From: Moniliella sp. 'wahieum'
Taxonomy: Eukaryota
NCBI GenBank assembly: GCA_003971905.1
Contig: RSEE01000058.1
Coordinates: forward strand, 310,001 to 374,000
Direction of reading: 5' to 3'
Length of the DNA stretch: 64,000 nucleotides
A program made the translations under genes and the position numbers. Shown piece after piece: positions 35,749 through 47,378 of this stretch. The notes beneath the pieces are model-generated. The model had not been told where the DNA came from, ran no database searches, and was given only the letters and a program-made list of their open reading frames with translations. Within the stretch, counting starts at the first letter, position 1, and each line of letters starts with the position of its first letter.

Positions 35749-37946
35749 ATGAAGACCACGGTGCTCGCCAGCGCCCTCCTCGCCGCTGTGGCCACGGCGC
35801 CCTGCGCCCACGCCGCCGCCTTCCCGCCCTCTCCCTCGGAGCGCTCCCACCTCGAGGCAGCCACCGTCGAGCAAGTTGCCCGCGCCATTGTTGGCCTCTG
35901 AGGTCATGCTCGGCAAGCGCTCCGACCCCACCGGCACCTACGCACCCACCTACATCACCTGCCCCAGATCACACACCACGGTGCCAACTACATTGGGGCT
36001 ATGTGCGCAACGCACTGGCTTGCCCTCAACCCGGCCGAGGCCACCTACATCCGAACCACCCGCTCTGCCCGTCACGCCGACTGGACCACCTGGCTCAAGC
36101 AGGCCCAGGTCGTCTCGACTCGGTCGTGCCCGTGGGTTTGACAACTACACGTCGGACCTGAGTCGTGTGCCGCGCATCGGCATTGCCTCTTCTGGCGGCG
36201 GGTACCGTCGATGCTCAATGGCGCTGGTGTGTTTAATGGCTTTGACGGCCGCAACGAGACGGCCAATGCGATTGGTACTGGAGGTCTGCTGCAGTTGGCT
36301 GACTACCTAGCCGGCTTGAGTGGCGGTAGCTGGCTCCCGGCTCGGTCGCCATCAACAATTACCCTACTCCAACAACTTCACGATGAGGTGTGGGACTTGG
36401 AGAGCAACCTCATCCTCCTCGGACAATAAGGTCAGCTTCTATTCCGGCCTGATCAGCGATGTGCACGATAGAAGAACTTTGTCGGGAATGGCAAATGGAC
36501 TGGCATCACGGACTATTGGGCTCGTGCCTTGGCCCACCACTTGATCAACAATACCATGTACCCCAACTACGGTGTGGCTACCACCTGGAGCGACGTGCGC
36601 AACGTATCCTTCCAAACCTTTGCCTACCCCGTACCCAATCATGTGTTGCCGACGAACGGGGTACGTGCTTCTTCTTTTTTTTTCTCTTTTTTCCTTCTCC
36701 CTCGTTGGAGAACTGCGAGCAGCAGATTGTGTGTGCAGAGAAAGGACATAACTGACTGACGGTGCTGTGGCGTATACAGAACCGGGCGAACAGATCATCC
36801 AGGCCGAATCGCTATCTGGGAATTCACACCGTACGAATACGGTACCTGGGAACCAAGATCAATGCGTTTGTGGACATTGACTTGGCCGGGACCGAGTTGG
36901 AATGGTCAGCCGACCAACTCGTCGCAGTGTGTGACGGGGTGGACGAATGCGGCATGGACGATGGGCACGTCGAGCACGTTGTTCAATGGTGCCTTGATTG
37001 AGTTGACCGAGAGCAAGGGCGGGGGACTGATCAAGAAGGCGATTGAAGAGGTGCTGAAAGACATTGGCGATGACGGTAATGACATTTCCATCATTCCCAA
37101 TGCGTTTGGTGGGTTGAACCCGACCGTGTCGGAAATTGCTTCGAGCAACAACGTGACCCACGTCGACGGTGTGAGGATGGCCAAAACGTGCCGATCTGGC
37201 CGTTGCTCAACCCGGGACGCAAGTTGGACTTTATCATTGCCGAGGACGCGTCGGCCGACGTGAGTTCCTGGCCGAACGGAACCAGTCTCTGGACCACGGG
37301 GCAACGGTTCAACTCGTCCAACGACTTTAGCGACTATGCGTTCCCCTACATTCCTCCCATGGAGACCTTTGTCAACCGTGGGCTTAACACGCGTCCCACG
37401 TTCTTTGGCTGTCCCGGATCGCGGATCACGAACCAAAACACGTCGTTCAACGGACAAACCGTCGCCGATTGTTGCGTACTTGCCTACCTACCCCTACACG
37501 GGCTTTGGCAACACGTCGACGTACAAGATGGACTATGACACGAACGAAAGCCAACGGTGCTGGACAATGCGTTCAACGTGGCTACCATGGGCAATGCTAC
37601 GTCCGGAGCGATCAATTGGCCTACGTGTTTGGCATGTGGCATGCTCACCCGTTCGTTTGAACGGTCCCACACGCCCATCCCGGACAAGTGCACTCAATGT
37701 CTCGACTTGTTCTGCTGGGACGGGGTGGAAGATAACTCGGAACCTTCTGCGGCGTACTCGCCCCCGATTGGCGTGCCGGAATTCATCACCTCGGGCGGAA
37801 AGACGTTGAAGGAACCGCCGATCACGGGTGGCAATGGTCCAATGGTGCTGCCCCCTCGGGCAACCCCGGTTCTATCACTCTCCCCTGGGCTTCCAAGCCT
37901 TCGGTCGCCCTGGCTCTCGCCGCGGTTGTCCTGGCCCGTGCTTTAG
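35749..37946 (+). CDS. PLB1: Lysophospholipase / phospholipase B, secreted, probably GPI-anchored; frameshifted
   Basis: Signal peptide MKTTVLASALLAAVATAPCAHA, YAPTYITCP, PRIGIASSGGGYR(A)MLNGAG, catalytic YLAGLSGGSW, HVDG..NVPIWPLL, FVNRGLNTRPTFFGC, WPTCLACG..C..CLDLFCWDG and a hydrophobic C-terminus. Intron 36661-36779. Confidence 0.93.
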
Positions 37947-38039
37947 GTGCGGTGAACGTCAAAGTCAAAGTCAAAGTGAACGTGAAAGTGAACGTGAAAG
38001 ACGTTACCTTGCTCACAACCACACATTTCTTCCCTCCGC

Positions 38040-38420
38040 TCCTTGCTCCTTACTCCTTACTCCTTACTCCTTGCTCCTTGCTCCTTTCGACCTGCTGGCT
38101 TGCTTGCGGGCCGGTTGCTGGCTGGCTTGTTGCTTCTGCGTACCTACCTATCTTTCCCCTCGTTTGATCCTACCTCGCTTTAGTTCTTGTTTTGGGTCTT
38201 GGTCTTGATCTTGACCGTGGTCTTGGTCTTGGTCTTGACCTTTACCTTGGTCTTCATCTTCATCTTGGTCCTTGTTCTTGCTCTTGTGCCAGTGCTTGGT
38301 ATAGGCCATGCCATATGTCACGTCATGGATCTTGGCCTGTGGTTGTGCTTGTGCTTGTTGGCTGTGCTTGTTGGTTGTTGGTTGCGGTGGTGCTTGTGGT
38401 TGTGGTTTTGTGGTTGTGGT
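38040..38420 (+). repeat. Low-complexity 3'UTR microsatellites: (CCTT[A/G]CT)n, (TCTTGG)n, (TTGTGG)n
   Basis: ccttgctccttactccttactccttactccttgctccttgct; tcttggtcttgatcttga... Confidence 0.8.
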
Positions 38421-39033
38421 TTGAGTTTTCAGCCCCCTAGTCCTTTTCCCCTTTTCCCCGTTCAGTAGAACTGAACCCCTCCTACACTTCGCCCTAGCTT
38501 GCTGATTGCATGGATCCTTCTCCTTCTCTTGGCCTCTCTCCCGCTCGCTTGCCGTGCTGCTTCCCCTCTCAAATATTACCTCTCGCCTCGCCTCTCAGAT
38601 CTTACCTTTCACCTCCACCTCTCCCTTTCACCTCTAATCTGAACGTCCAACCTTGGGAATTTAGCTAGCTAGGACGATCCACATTGAGCCGATGCTTGCT
38701 GGGTTGTGATACGTTCGTGTCGTTCATTCTACTCGTCTCTTAAATTCTGCTTTGGTTTGATTTACTTTGCTTGGTACACCCACGGAACCCCCCTCCCCCC
38801 ACACCCATCTACTTCGGCCCCCATCTCTTCCCTCTTCCACCTTGAAGCTTAACTTGAGCCAGCCCGTACAAGCAGGCAGTCCGCGTCGGTTCGTCCCGCC
38901 CACCCGAGCGTAGAGAGCTTCTGTATAAGCTCGGCAGACGGACGTCCAACCCACCGCGCTGAGGGGTTCAAATCGCACCCCCCACCCACCCCTCGATCGG
39001 ACCTTGGTTCTCGGTCCTCGGGTCTCGGGTCTA

Positions 39034-39138
39034 GGTTCCCGCTTCGCGATTCTCGGTTCCCGCTTCGCGATTCTCGGTTCCCGCTTCGCGATTCTCGGTT
39101 CCCGCTTCGGGGGTCTAGGTTCCCGCTTCGCGATTCTC
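39034..39138. repeat. 21-bp minisatellite, 5 units of GGTTCCCGCTTCGCGATTCTC
   Basis: Four perfect units and one variant (GGTTCCCGCTTCGGGGGTCTA), with degenerate flanks. Confidence 0.9.
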
Positions 39139-40010
39139 GGTTCGCGGGTCTAATAGGTTCTCGGTTCTCCCCCCTACCCCCCCCCCCCCTCTTCTTCCGG
39201 CACACGTCACGCCTCTGTCGTTCATTTTCAGGTGTCCCCCCCTCGCTCTTTGATCCATCACAGCACTCGCTGCACCGCGATGGCAACCCCGTAACCCGGA
39301 CAAGACAACAGTCACATCTGTCTGTCCTGCATGCCTCGCTTCTCCTCTTTTCGCTTCTCTTCTCTTTGTCTTGCCTCTTGCCTCTTGCTCCTTGCCCCTA
39401 ACCTTTGCTCCTTGCCCTTCGCTCCTTGCCCCTCGCTCCTTGCCCCTTACCTTTCCTCCCCCCCCGTGAAGACTTTACTTCACGTACGTTCCTTTCACTT
39501 GGTTGGAGAAAACTATACGGACACATTGCCCCAGTACTGGTACTGGTACCGGTACACCATTTCCCACCTCCGTCCGCACGCCCCACTTATTGCCACTTGC
39601 CTTCTTGCCTCTTTCCTTCTTGCCTCTTTCCTTCTTGCCTCTTGCCTCTTGCCTCTTTCTTCTTGCCTCTTGCCTCCTGCCTGTAGCCTGTTGTTGCGTG
39701 CCGCCCGGTGCGGAAGTCCGCAAGGCAGGCCCCAGGCTCCGCGCCTCAGGACAGTAGAAAGAATGGATACAGGTTCGGTCCTGCCCCACACGCCGATTGC
39801 AGGGAACCCGTAGGGAACTCAAACGAAATCGACCGAGCCCGACAGACTCTTAGCTGTCTTTCCCTAAGGCATTGGCCACACCTCTGGGGGAGGGGGAGGG
39901 GTAGGAACCATCAACTCGCGGGTCTGGCACGCGAACCGTGCGTGCTTAATCGGAGGCTCTTGACTTACTGCCCGTTGTGGATTGTCGATAGTCAATTGTC
40001 GATTTCCGAC

Positions 40011-40066
40011 AGTCGATAGTCGATAGTCGATAGTCGATAGTCGATAGTCGATAGTCGATGGTCGAT
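40011..40066. repeat. (AGTCGAT)7 heptamer microsatellite
   Basis: Seven perfect units at 40011-40059 plus one degenerate unit. Confidence 0.95.
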
Positions 40067-40703
40067 TGTGGGTTGCTGGTTGTCGTATGTGGAGTGTCGA
40101 CGGACCAAGACCAATTGCAGTGCCGTGCTCGTCGCTCGTCCAACGACGTACCCGTACCGCGTACCGCGGAACGCCTCAGCAAGCACGTTTTGGTTTGTCT
40201 CGAGCGTTGGGTTCCGACGTGAAAAAAACGCCCACTCCGGGGCTCCGGGGCTGGTACGCCGCACGCACGCCTTCTCCTACCTCCTATCTGAGATGGGAGA
40301 GGGGAGGTGGGAAATCTGACAGGGGACGGACTCGTCACTGACATGTGGTGAGCTGGGACTTAGCGCTAAGCGCCAAGCCCGCTCCTCCTACTCTCCAGTG
40401 TGGCGAAAGTTTAGGTCTCCATAGGACTATAGACGATGACTAGTGACTAGTGACTATTGAATGCGCCCAGCGGATGCCCTGCCCGAGCCGAGCGCGACTA
40501 TCGTGCAGCCGCGGGTAAAGAACCGGCAATGTGTCTCTTTGGACTTGTTCTTACTCTAGCACCGCCCCGGCTGGGCTAGGTGGGGTAGGGGGGCAGAAGG
40601 ACGTTGTGGCATAGAGCAGATGCAAAAGAGGAGGGGGGGTTGGTTGTACTTAGTATGCGCAGTGTGGGTTGGATGGCTTGCCGAGGCAGGCAGTAGGTCC
40701 AAC

Positions 40704-41785
40704 TTAGATCCGGCCCAGCTCCTTGAGCTTGGCAATCAGCTCGTCCACATTCTCCACCTGGCGGGGCAAGACGTGTCAGAACCCCAATGAGTAGAGAAAA
40801 CCCCCCAAAAGGAAAGGAAAAGGGGGGGAAAGGAGCAAGAAGGGAGAAATAAGAAACAAGCACGTACCTTACCGCCACCCTGGCGTGCGGGGGGAGGCGC
40901 CACCTTGAGCGTCTCGAGGTGCGGCTTGGCCGCGTCCTCGAGCCCCAGCTCCTTGAGCGTCACCGTCTTGGTCGGCTTCTTCTTGGCCTTCATAATGTTG
41001 GGCAGCGAGGCAAAGCGAGGTTCTGTGGTGCGGGAAGGTAAGGAAGACGAGCAAAAACAAAGGAGGAAAGAGAGAAGGTGGGTGGGGGGGGCGTTAGGGA
41101 GTCAGTACCTCGTAGCAAACCCGGAAAGGTAAACCAGGCATGGCTAGGGGGGGGGGTGCGCCGGCACGTACCGTTCAGCCGCAGGTCGGTGGTCAAGACA
41201 AAGGGGAAGGTGGTCTTGACGACGCCCAAGCCACCATCAATTTCGCGCGTGACTTGGACTTCTTGGCCGACGTCGGGTGTGCCCAAGAGCTCGACCTTGG
41301 AAGCAAATGTGACCTGGGGCCAGCCGAGGTGGGCAGCCAACATCTGGCCCGTTTGGGACGCATCATCGTCAATCGCTTGTTGCCCGCAATGACCAAACCG
41401 ACTTCTTTCGGGTCACCCTTAGCGGTCGCTCCGGCCTTGACGAGGGCAGCCAAGACCTTGCTCACCGCCAACGGTTCCAGCACTTGCTTCTCGTCCAACT
41501 TGACGTGGATCGCATCGTCTGCGCCCATGGCCAAGCCCTTGCGCAACACATCCACCGTCTTAGCCGGCCCAGCCGAGACGAGGGTAATCCCCGACACACC
41601 GTCTTTCAACTGCTCCTTCAACCGCACCGCCTCCTCCACGGCAATCTCGTCAAACGGGTTCATGGACTGCTTGTCGTTCGTCCCGACTTGCCGTCCGAGG
41701 CAACGCGCACCTTGACCGTGTAGTCGAGCGCGCGCTTGACCGGCACAAAGATGCGGATCGCACGGGCAGCGGGGGTGGCAAACAT
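40704..41785 (-). CDS. CIR1: Electron transfer flavoprotein beta subunit
   Basis: [123 protein letters not shown]. Introns 41023-41171 and 40758-40867; two frameshifts. Confidence 0.95.
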
Positions 41786-42179
41786 GCTGGTGTGGGGGAG
41801 AAGAGGAGGAGGAGGAGGAGGAGGAGGAGGAAGAGGGGCAGATGGTGGAGCAGACCCACTGGCTGCTGATGCTGGCCCCGCGTGCTTTGTTGCGTTCTTC
41901 CCGGTGCGGCCGGGGCCAAGCCAGCCGGGGAGCGCGAGTGCCAGCCAGTGCCCGCCAGCGCAGGCCAGCGCAGGCCCGCACGCCCCCCGCCGGGCAGCAC
42001 GGACAGGGTTGCCAAACCCAACCCCCCCGCTGCGTGCCGGCCTGGTGCCGGGCCAGGCCGACACAGGAGCCGTGCCCACCCCCCCGGGCCCGGCTACGTG
42101 TCGGCCCGAGCGCGTTGGTTGGCGGCGCATTCACAGGGGGCGGTCGCATGCCACACTGGGCCCGTGCGGGCTGGTACCC

Positions 42180-42217
42180 AACGTTGAACGTGTTGAACGT
42201 TCAACGTTGAAAGCTTC
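42180..42217. repeat. AACGTT-core heptamer cluster
   Basis: aacgttgaacgtgttgaacgttcaacgttgaaagcttc; similar clusters at 43134-43160 and 43998-44020. Confidence 0.8.
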
Positions 42218-44460
42218 AGGCTGGCGGCTAGCCTCACTCAGTACGCACTGGTTGTTGGTTGCCTGCATATTGCATCTGCATCAGATCGATCAGATCTCAG
42301 CATCTCGATCTCGTGTCTGCTGCACGCCGGCACCAACTCGGCCCGGACAACCAAACGCCGACAGACGAGATGAGGGACCTAGGGATGAGCGATGGGAGAT
42401 GGGACATCTGCCATCTGCCCTCGATTGGTCCATGTCGATGATGCAATGCTTGGGCCTTCGACAGCCATCTTAGGTAATCGCAAGTGTCGCGCTTACGTCT
42501 TCGCTCGAACCCTCTCTCCCTCTTCGTCGATGCTTGCCACTCTGGCTCATCCACGTCCGACGCCCTCCCACCGCCGGCTGCATTGGTTGCTACTCTCGCC
42601 ACCAGCAGCCAGCCACCACGGGCAGTAGAGGTGCTGGGCACACACCGCCCGGCCGAACACTGTGTAGTAGTAGCCCTTCCAATGGGCGGAACAAAAGGGT
42701 GGACGAATAGAGTCGCCACGGTCCATGAGTCCATGAGTCCATGACGTAGTTGGGGCGCGCACTAGACGGCAATCCTGCCATTGTCATGTGCCCCCTGCAT
42801 CCCATCGCGCATCAGCCATTCCCCAGAGAATCGATTATCGATTACTCGATTACTAGTTACTGCCGCTCGCCTGTCCGGAGGCTGATGAAGCGTCCCATAC
42901 GTTCAACTCAAGCTGTTTTCCGGAAAGTGGATACTGCGTTCGCCTGTATATATATAGCTCAGGTGGCCGCAAGAGATCGACTCCCTGTTCCCAAGAACAA
43001 GCTGCGCCTGCCGCTGCGCCGTTCCGTCGCTGTCGGTCGGTGGTCGCCGATTCTTAGAAGTCCCATGCCATCCATCATCCATCATGCATCATCCATCTCG
43101 CCCCACCTGACGGGCACCCGCCTTGGGCAAGATTAACGTTGAACGTTGGACGTTGAACTTCAACAGCCTCTCGGACCCCGTTGGATCAGTCGATCGTCTG
43201 TGCACGCGCCTGCGCTCGCACTCGCTGGCAGGAGACAAAATGTCGATCGGCTACGCGGTTGGGCAATGCCGTCGAACGTCGAAAGGGGCCCTGGCGGCTG
43301 GGTGGGCGGTCTGGTGCTGCGAGTGGCAAATCGGGTTCGGATCGTCATCGTCATCGAGTCATCGTCATCACGCTGTCGGCATCCTTGCGCAGCGCGCACC
43401 TAACCTTTGGGGTGAGGCATGAGTGCATGAGGCCGAGGAGACGGGCGCTGTTCCCACTATGGCTGTGTGCGTAGCTCCAAGGGACAGAAGGGGGGCAGAG
43501 CAACGTCCGTCCCTAATCGATCGATAATCAGGTTAATCAGGGCTAGGGCTAGCGCCTCAGCGCGCGCTGCTCAGCCTGAGCGCTCACGCGTTCAACGTTC
43601 ACGCGCCCCCCAGCCCCAAAAGAAGATGATTATCATCGCAGCGAGCGAGAAGCGAAACAGGGAGGCATATGGCTTGTTGGTCTGTCGGTGTGGTGCCGTG
43701 GGAGAGGTGCGAGATTGTGGGCGTACCGACGTCATACTGATCGGAACGCCAACGCTGCGCGCAGCTGCGCTTGGAACAGCGAACAGATTTGCGAGCAGCG
43801 AGTAGGCCGCAATCATTAATCGTTAATCATCGTAGTCATCGATCATCGATCTAGTCATCGGCCCCATCTGCACGGTCATGCGTCGTTGGTGCGCTTGCCT
43901 TTCTGGGCTGTCCGCGGGGCGGAGGGGCAGTGCACGCAGGCGCAGGCGACAGTGGGTTGTTGCCGCCGCGGAAGCGCAAACTTGCTGGCTGAGTACGTGA
44001 ACGTCGAACGTTGAACGTTGCGTACTGCGTACGAGTGCGGAGGAGAGCCGCTGCTACCCCCGCGTGCGCAGCCAGCCACCCACACGGGCGTCGTCCCCAG
44101 CTCGCTCGCCAATCCTTTGTCCCCCGCCGCGCGCACCCAGCCAGTGTCCGCGTCTGCGCCCATTCGCACCGGCACCCGCCTGGCCGCCCCAGCCCGACGA
44201 TCAGCAGCACGTTCACCCTTCACCCTTCACCCACCGCTCACGCCGCATGGAGTCACTGCGCAACGCACTCACCCGGCAGTACGCGCTACTTCTACGCATC
44301 CTTGCTGCTCACGCGCACCAGCAGCCCTCACGCTCACGCGTCACACGCCAAACTTCATGCTTCCCGCGCACGCTCAAGCTCACCGTCTGGGCCGTCGCGA
44401 CGCCGCCCCACACCCCTGGTGCCCTTGGCGCACGCATGCCCCCGCCGCTCCACGCCGTCC

Positions 44461-44467
44461 ATATAAA
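44461..44467 (+). promoter_or_regulatory. TATA box (ATATAAA) of the Ser-rich secreted protein gene
   Basis: Canonical TATAAA about 145 bp upstream of ccaccATG 44609. Confidence 0.6.
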
Positions 44468-44608
44468 GCGCGCTCCCGCCGCCCGCATCGTTCTTTTCCT
44501 CTTCTGCCTCCTGCCATCGTCTGGTTCTCTCATCTCCCCACCAACGTCACGATCGTTGTCTGATCTCTTGTTGTGACCCACCCAACCCAACCAACTCATC
44601 TAGCCACC

Positions 44609-45524
44609 ATGCAGCTCTTGCCCTCGTCGCTCTCCTCGCCGCCGCTGGCGCCGCTGTCGCCCAGACGCCCTTCACCGTCAACACGCCACCACCAGTATCA
44701 TCGCGGTATGCACCTCCCGTAGCCCACCCGCTCACTTCGCTTGCGTTTGCGTTGCGTTTGCGTTTGCGCTTGCTCTTGCGTACCGAGACTAACGAAACTG
44801 GTCTTGTGCAGTGCGTGCCCCTCCAGGTGACCTGGTCCGGTGGTCAGGGCCCCTACTCGCTGGTCGTCCACACCTACGCGGTAGCCCTGGCCCGTCATCG
44901 ACACGGTTACCAACCTGTCGGGCACTTCGTACACGTACCAAGTCAAGAGCTCCGAGGTCAACCAGCAGCTCGAGTTCCAGCTCACCGACTCGACCGGTGC
45001 CACGGCCCAGTCTGGTGCTACGCCCAAGGTCGCCAGCAACCCTTCGTGGTACGTTGATTTCCTCCCATGGTTGCCTTATTGCCTTGTTTCCTCCCGGTCT
45101 ATTTTCTCTGACTCATTCGGACCGTCTCAAACAGCGCTGGTAGCGGCTCGGGCGCCTCGTCGAGCGGCGGTGCTGCTCCCAGCCCCTCGTCGAGCGGCGG
45201 TGCCTCTTCGAGCCCCAGCGCCTCGTCGAGCAGCAGCCCCTCGTCGAGCAGCAGCCCTCGTCGAGCAGCCACGCCTCGTCGAGTGAACATGCCTCTTCGA
45301 GCAGTGCTGCGGCTTCCAGCTCGGCTTCCAAGGGATCCTCCAGCTCGGAGGCCAAGAGCAGCGGCGCTTCTTCGTCGGCGCCGCCTCGAGCTCGTCCAGC
45401 AAGCCCACCGCCGGCTCGTCGGCCGGCAGCTCGTCCCAGTCCTCCTCTCGTCTGGGTCGCGTTCGCTCCCCGTCTCGGCTGCGATGGCTGCCATCGCTGG
45501 TCTGGCGGTGCCGCGCTGCTCTAA
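44609..45524 (+). CDS. Secreted Ser-rich, probably GPI-anchored cell-surface protein; frameshifted
   Basis: Signal peptide (..ALVALLAAAGAAVAQ), TVNTP..QCVPLQVTWSGGQGPYSL (a pattern common in basidiomycete secreted proteins), introns 44706-44811 and 45049-45134, TCGTCGAGC Ser repeats and hydrophobic tail AAMAAIAGLA. Confidence 0.7.
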
Positions 45525-47378
45525 GCAAGTCGGTTGGACACTTGACCGCACATAAGGGGCACCGACCATGCAAGACCCCCCCCCCCCACACGCAGGTGGT
45601 CGGGTGACGCTTTTCCTTTTATGTCGTTTTTGTTCTTGATTGCTTAGCAACGACAGGTTGTACCCCATGGGAGCCGTTTGAGTTGCCTTCACGCTCCCTT
45701 GCCTTTTCTTCGGTTTCGACCTCGATTTCGATTCCGATCCTGATCTACAGATCATACCACGGTGGTGCGCTGCTTGACTAGCCTGCTCTTGGCGGTTGGC
45801 TTGGCCGCGCACCATCGCCCCTGATTTTGACACCGACACCCTTGCCACTTCTCCTCATCCATCATTCCCTCTCACCTCTTTTGTGTCTTCTTGCCTGCCC
45901 GTACCTCATCCTTCTTGCCGCTACTGGTTGTTTTTTTTTCTTCCCCGATTCATCGCAGATGCGATTCCGATGCAGTTGAACGTTGAGTACTCTGAGTGAG
46001 TGTTGGAAGGTCGATGTGTGGCCAGCTCTTGAGGTCTGATGTTTGAGGTGTGAGGTTGGAGGCCCGACGTGTGTGAGCGCGATCAGAGTGCCTTGCTACA
46101 GATGCTTCTTTTCCTTTCCGTTGTCTCCATCAACCGTGCGTTCGTAGACAGGTGTGACTGTGGCGTTTGCCTAACGTTCACCACGGATTGTGGTCGGTGG
46201 TCAGTATTCGGTACACTTCGGTATTCGTTGAGTGGTCAGCGCGCGTCATCTTCAGTACAGCCGTTTCCGCGCTGCGCCCACGGCTTGGTTTTGGTATCTT
46301 GGTGAAATCCCGCAAAGAACAGAGCAGCTGGGCGCAGCAAGCTTATACCCAGGGGAGTGGTGTAGAGTCACTAGTCACTAGCCAAAGAGGGAGGGGGGTT
46401 GGGTTGGGCACATTTGGATGGGCGGATGGTAGGACCTCGGAGGAAGGTGGTGTGTACCCGATTACAAGGGAAAAGTGAAGGGGAATGGATCGATGGGTTG
46501 ATGGATCGATGGCTCGTCGGACACATAGTGACTAACTCATGCTCATCGAGAACACCTCTTGATTATCATTATGTGTGCGGTTTTGTTAGGGGGAGGGATG
46601 AAAAAGACAGGAGACCGACATGACACGGATGTGGGTCAGAGCACCACTGTTGCACTGTATTGCAACATCCTGACTTATCTTGGGAATACAGTGTGCCTAA
46701 TCGAACTACTCTCCTTGGTGGGGCATCTGTTCGGCCGGGTAATGTGGCCGCGAATAAGCGCGCAAGGAGCGTGAAGCGTCTCTGAGATGTGAGGCTGGAT
46801 GGGGAGACAAACGTTGCTTCGGCGGTGGCGTTCGATTCAGACCCGCCTGGCCATGTAATGATGATGCGAGGCAGCTGGTAATCGATCATCGACAGGCGAT
46901 AATCGGTACTCGATAATCGATAATCGGTTATGGTATGCTCATGCTTTCCTTACCTCAGCGTGCCACCCGTACGTAACAGGCAGATAAGATAGCCTGCCCC
47001 CTCCACTGCCCCCCTGCCCCGCCCAGGCCGAGGGCAGCGCTGGCACCGCACCACTCTCCCCGCCATAACGCAATGCCTCCCAGCACCCTCTTTTTTTGGG
47101 TGGGTCGCCGATTAGATATCAGATCGCAGTCCATCGCCCCACTGCCCTTGCCCCTGCCCCCTTCCCCCCTCCTCCTCTCTCTTTCTCCTCCTCCCACACC
47201 CTCGCCGTCCACGCCGGCAATGCTGCCGCCGCACACCAACGGGCCAATCACTCCCCCCCCTGCCCGCCCTCCTCCGCGCCTCCGCGCAGCACTCCCGCGA
47301 AACCCTCCGCCCCGGGCCGCTGCCCACCGTGTCCCCACAGCCACTTCTCCTCCTCTCGATCCGAGTGTTACAACCGCA

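Noticed and set aside
38920..38980. tRNA or SINE suggested by GGTTCAAATC
   Set aside because: I could not fold a cloverleaf or find a convincing A-box or acceptor stem.
39034..39138. Possible CRISPR array
   Set aside because: The units are directly tandem with no unique spacers, there are no cas genes, and the context is eukaryotic.
40011..40066. Interstitial telomere repeat
   Set aside because: AGTCGAT lacks the G-rich TTAGGG-like character; treated as a heptamer microsatellite.
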